Positions 58,591 to 64,000 of a stretch of DNA of 64,000 bases are shown here, in pieces (the first letter of the stretch is position 1; the number at the start of each line of letters is the position of its first letter). The notes under the pieces were generated by a model. That model made no database searches. It was not told the origin of the DNA and saw only the letters and a list, made by a program, of their open reading frames with translations. Source of the stretch: Octopus sinensis (Eukaryota). The stretch covers positions 18,290,001 to 18,354,000 of the forward strand of contig NC_043003.1 of the NCBI RefSeq assembly GCF_006345805.1, written 5' to 3'. The translations under genes and the position numbers were made by a program.

Positions 58591-61314
58591 GGCAGCAATT
58601 ATTATTATCAAGGCAACAAGCTGGCTAAATCTTTAGTATGCTGGACAAAACGCTTTGTGACACTTCTTACAGGTTTACATTTTGAGTTCAAATCCCACGA
58701 AAGTTGACTTCACTTTTCATCATTTGGGGGTCAAGAAATTAAGTACCACTTCAGCACTGGAGTCAGTGTAATTCAGCTCACCACAAACTTTCAGACCTTG
58801 TGCCTGTAGTAAAGGTTATTGAGACATCAAGCTGGCAGAGTCGTTAACATCTCAGACAGCTTGGTAACATTTCTTATAGTTCTTTATGTTCTAAGTTCAA
58901 TTTCTCTCAAGGTCAACTTTGCTTTCATCCTTTCAGGGTCGATAAAATAACCACTAAGGTTGCTGTAATTGGATAGCACCCGCCTCCAAAACTTTCAGGC
59001 CTTGTGTGTATACTAAAAAGAATTATTATTATTATTATTATCAATATTATTATCATTACTGAGTGATAGAGCAAGGCACGCCATCAGAGTGACACTGGGA
59101 TACAAATATATGAAGCCCTGTAAACCCATCATGATTACTCATCTGATAAGGGTACACAAGGTACATGCATCACAACTATATGTGAATGACATGGTGATCT
59201 CATATCAAGATTAACAGCACATGACCTTGCAGGTGGGGCCCTGTTAGAATTTTCTACAGGTTGAGTAGCCCCATCCTACTCAAAAGGTCCGCGAATGAGA
59301 GTTATGGAAGATGAACGAAATGGCCATGTTTCCGAAGGTGAATTATTCCTCTCAACACATGGCTATGATACTCCCCCACTACTCCTGCTTGTGATCAGAG
59401 ATGCACAATTCATCAGCTACTAAAGGACATGCTCAACTGGTTATGGTCAAGCAGAATATTTCCTGGAGCCCATCTTTTTGTATACCAAGACAAAACAGGA
59501 ACATGATACCATTTCCAATCACTTAAGATCGGAAGCCATGAGAGCCACTGCCTGGTACTTCCCGTTATTATTATTATTATTGACAGAATCATTAGAGCAT
59601 TGAATAATAATAACGATAAGGCAGCAAGCTGGCAAAATCATTAGCACACCGGGCAATATGCTTAGCAGCATTTCGTCTGTCCTTATATTCTGAGTTCAAA
59701 TTCCACCAAGGTTGACTTTGCCTTTCATTTTTTTAGGGTTGGTATTCCTTGTGGTATTTCTTCCGGTTCTTTACGTTCCGAGTTCAAATCCCACTGAGGC
59801 CATCTTAGTCTTTTATCCACTTATAATTAATAAAATAAAGTAGTATCAGGTACTCAATGAAATCAGCAGATCATTTACAATCCAAAGTTGGAACAACTTA
59901 AAGACCCCACTTCCCCTTAGTAATAATTGTACTTGTACTTGTGACAGCATTCACGCAGGGCGAGTTGAGCCAGTTTCTTCTCTCATAGAAGAAGTTTCAT
60001 GGGAATATTGAATTCACAAGCGGTCCCCGACATCTCGCATGCATATCCCGAGTGATGGGATGCCCTGTTTGCCGCAGAGTCTCCACAGATGCAGGGACAG
60101 AACGACCTCGAAGCCGCCGGTTGCCGATCAGACGCCTCTTGGAAGGTATTAGGGCTGCGGCCCTAATACCGCTCGGTGCCAGATCAATCCACCTTGAGTG
60201 GCCCTACCAGGTACCAAAGTTCCCGACGGCATAGCTCTGACACTGCCCGTTTACACCACCCTACTGCTTTGAGGAGGGGTTGGAATTTAGGGAAGTTTAG
60301 TAATAATACTCTAAGGAAAAGAATTTAACCCACCACATCTCTTTTCTAAGCCCTTAAATATCATCAGCTTCTGTGTGAGAAAAGATTGGTGTTGTCATCC
60401 TGAAACCTGTAATGAATTTACTAGTTGCTGCCTTCCACATGAGACCTTCAAGTTCTACTGTAGGTAAAGGTGCAGGGCCTAATGGTCAAGGTACTGGTCT
60501 CAAGAGTTCAATCCTTGAACCAGGCGGTGGTGTATTGCTTCCTTGAGCAAAGCACTTCGTTCTACATTGCCCTGGAAGGGGAGTTAACTTTGCAATGGCT
60601 TGGTGACCCATTCAGTGAGGTATCTTACGTCAGTACCAGCAGCACCTGGAGAAGGGAGTTAACTCTGTGTGGCACTGGTGCCTTGTTATGTCAGTCATCT
60701 AAAGGCCTTGAAAATCTAGATGAGCGCTAACCATGACTCTCTAGGTTCACGACTGACTTTTTTCTTTTTTTTTGATACAGATGTTGACAGGGAGAGGGGG
60801 CTTCTTTGACAAAACACTTAAGGCTTTTACCTATTCAAAAAGTTATAACTACTACTACTACTACTACTACTACATACACCACAACTGCTGTAGTGTCTAA
60901 TCTTGTAATCAAAATAAAATTACCATTATGTGCACCTTATTATCTGTTGAACTGTTAAGAATTTGGGTACATTTTACTTCAGTATGATTAAAATCCAATG
61001 AAGCAAAAACTATATGTGTATATATTTATGAAAGGTTTGAAAATGCAATTTTAAATATGTTTATTCACTTGACTGGTTTCACTTTTTTTGTCAAAAGTAA
61101 AATGTAAAGCTTTGTTGTGTACTGGTTGTACTGGTTGTCACAAAAGTATTAAAATACATATATATGTATTTTAAAACTTTTGTGACAACCAGTACTTAAC
61201 ACAACAAAGCTTTACATTTTACTTTTGACAAGTGAATAAACATCTTTAAAATTCCATTTTCAAACCTTCATTCATATATATTTCCCCTCGTGCAGTACCT
61301 TACAACTTCGCTTT

Positions 61315-61364
61315 GTTATATATATATATATGTGTGTGTGTATGTGTGTGTACAAATTATATAT

Positions 61365-61432
<68 letters not shown>

Positions 61433-61680
61433 GTTATGTATGTATGTATATATATGTATGTATGTATATATATGTATATATGTATGTATGTATGTATATG
61501 TATGTATGTATATATATGTATGTATGTATATATATTATGTATGTATGTATGTATATATATGTATGTATATGTATATGTATGTATGTATATATATGTATGT
61601 ATGTATGTATGTTTGTATGTATATATATATATATGTATGTATATTATATGTTGTATGTATATATATATATATGTATTATG

Positions 61681-61713
<33 letters not shown>

Positions 61714-61775
61714 GTATATATATATATTATGTATGTTATATATATATATGTATGTATATATATATGTATGTATGT

Positions 61776-61806
<31 letters not shown>

Positions 61807-61834
61807 GTATGTATGTAATATATATATATAATAT

Positions 61835-61875
<41 letters not shown>

Positions 61876-61943
61876 ATATATATATATATATGTATGTATA
61901 TATATATATGTATGTATATATATATATATATATAATATGTATG

Positions 61944-61981
<38 letters not shown>

Positions 61982-62113
61982 GTATGTATTATAATATATA
62001 TATATATATGTATGTATATATATATATATATAGTATGTATGTGTGTATATATATATATATGTATGTATTATATATATATATGTGTATGTATATATAATAT
62101 GTATATATATATG

Positions 62114-62160
<47 letters not shown>

Positions 62161-62241
62161 ATTATATATATATATATATATATAGTATGTATGTATAATA
62201 TATATATAATATATATGTGTGTATATATATATATATAGTAG

Positions 62242-62297
<56 letters not shown>

Positions 62298-62302
62298 GTA
62301 TG

Positions 62303-62372
<70 letters not shown>

Positions 62373-62410
62373 ATGTGTATAATATATATGTATATATATA
62401 TGTGTATTAT
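61315..62410. repeat. ~1.1-kb (TA)n/(TATG)n tract; further tracts at 62790-63206 and 63345-63465
   Basis: Direct reading. Confidence 0.97.
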
Positions 62411-62419
62411 GTGAAATAG

Positions 62420-62790
62420 AAAGATGAATAATCTTGTAGCAGATTAATCAAATTTTAACCGATACCTTGGTAGCAAAAATCACAGCAGAAGACCGCACGG
62501 TTGGAGGTAAACCATATGGTGTTGCAACCGTGCGTTGTGCGGATAATTGAAATTAAAATATTATTGGTGAATTGAAGAAATGGAGCTGAACGAAGATTGA
62601 ACAGAAATCGTTTTATTTCATTCTACACGTTCGAAAGGCACAATTTACCAAAATCCGATTGAATAATGAGACCATATTGTGTCTTTCTCTTCAGGAAGAA
62701 ATAGGAAATCCGTTGGAAAAAACAAAAACAGAACAGAGGCGGAGCAAAACAAATCGAACTAGGCTCCTAAGAGCCCATGGCAAAACTCTG
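62420..62790 (-). mobile_element. Penelope-like fragment within (TA)n
   Basis: Hammerhead-like motif on the minus strand at 62617-62700. Confidence 0.45.
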
Positions 62791-63043
62791 TGTATATATA
62801 TATATATATGTGTATATATATATATATATGTATATATATATGTGTATATATATATGTATATATGTATATATATATGTGATATATATATGTATATATATAT
62901 ATGTATGTATATATATATATATATGTATATAGTGTATATTAAATATATATAAATATATATATATATAAAACTATATATATATGTATGTATATATATATAT
63001 ATATGTATGTATATATATATGTATGATATATATATATATCTAT

Positions 63044-63083
<40 letters not shown>

Positions 63084-63206
63084 GTATGTATGTATATATA
63101 TATATGTATATATATATATATAATATATATATATATTATATAATACATATAATATATATATATATATACATATAGATATATATATATATACATACATATA
63201 TATATA

Positions 63207-63345
63207 TCTTTCTGTTGAAGAGCGTAGGCTCGAAACGTTAAAGACTTGTTTTATTTATATTTCCTGAGCGCCATACTAATACAATTGTTCGTTTGTTTTC
63301 CACCTGCCTTTGTCTTTTGTCTATTTCATAAAGCTTCCCGTTATA
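63207..63345 (+). mobile_element. Penelope-like terminal fragment with a minimal hammerhead-like motif
   Basis: tcttt-CTGTTGA-A-gagc-gtag-gctc-GAAA-CG-TT-aaaga. Confidence 0.55.
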
Positions 63346-63393
63346 TATATATAATACATATATATATATATATATACATACATATATATATAT

Positions 63394-63457
<64 letters not shown>

Positions 63458-64000
63458 TATATATATGTAAATGTCAAACAATGAAGAACAAGTGCTCAAC
63501 ACTGCATTGGTGGATTCGTTTGTGTATTAAGGCTACCATTGGTTTCATGTTAAGAAAATATCTAAATATCTTAACAATTTTTCAAATCAGTCACATGGAG
63601 GAATTGGGATTCATCAGTTCCCACATGTGATCAGCTTGAAAAATTGGTAAGACTTTAAGATATTTTTTAACATGAAACCAATGGTAACCTTAATACAAAT
63701 ATATATGTTAATATTATTATTATACATGGGTATTTGTAAACAATTTTTTCCACCTTGTAAAGGTAATATTACCCAATTTTCCTACTGTTTTAATGACTAT
63801 ACTGCATTCAAATATATCACTTTCTCATCTGTATCATATGATACACATTTGGTGCTTCTAAAACACAAATATTAGTTTGTTTATATGCACACACATGATT
63901 GTTATATATTTAAATATATATATATAAATCAACTTGGATGAGATTATGTTTAGTGTTGTGATAAATTTACATGAATTTCTGTTAATATCCTCAATGTTAT

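Noticed and set aside
60181-60300. Possible HDV-like ribozyme at a LINE 5' end
   Set aside because: Could not assign P1, P2 and P3 pairings.
50674-63477. Many YIYI/MYVC ORFs
   Set aside because: Translations of (AT)n and (TATG)n microsatellites.
51900-64000. Second protein-coding gene downstream
   Set aside because: No exon-like ORFs with splice sites and recognisable protein content found; the region is almost entirely repeats.

Overview
AT-rich, microsatellite- and retroposon-dense animal genomic DNA, most likely an octopod cephalopod (inferred from the repeat families and (AT)n load, not proven). The + strand carries the 3' part of a class II PI 3-kinase gene (PIK3C2A-like / Pi3K68D orthologue). 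I assembled 29 GT-AG exons by hand (4022-49430, 3525 nt, 1174 aa + stop). Phases are consistent and the domain order is helical bundle, C2, helical, kinase (DLRQD, DRHNDN, HIDFG), PX and C-terminal C2. The N-terminal exons appear to lie upstream of the window. Introns and the downstream 14 kb contain at least four tRNA-headed SINE types, many 5'-truncated RTE LINE ends, a deleted mariner, Helitron-like and piggyBac-type MITE remnants, and Penelope-like fragments. The most notable observations are: hammerhead-ribozyme-like motifs (one directly behind a Pol III tRNA-like head); an RTE LINE whose 3'UTR is a copy-number-variable array of ~64-bp hairpin units; a cluster of AGGTCA half-sites with a perfect DR5 in intron 7; and about ten long fold-back inverted repeats, most inside the pre-mRNA. 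No prokaryotic features or CRISPR arrays. Repeat boundaries are approximate; exon numbers count only exons in this window.
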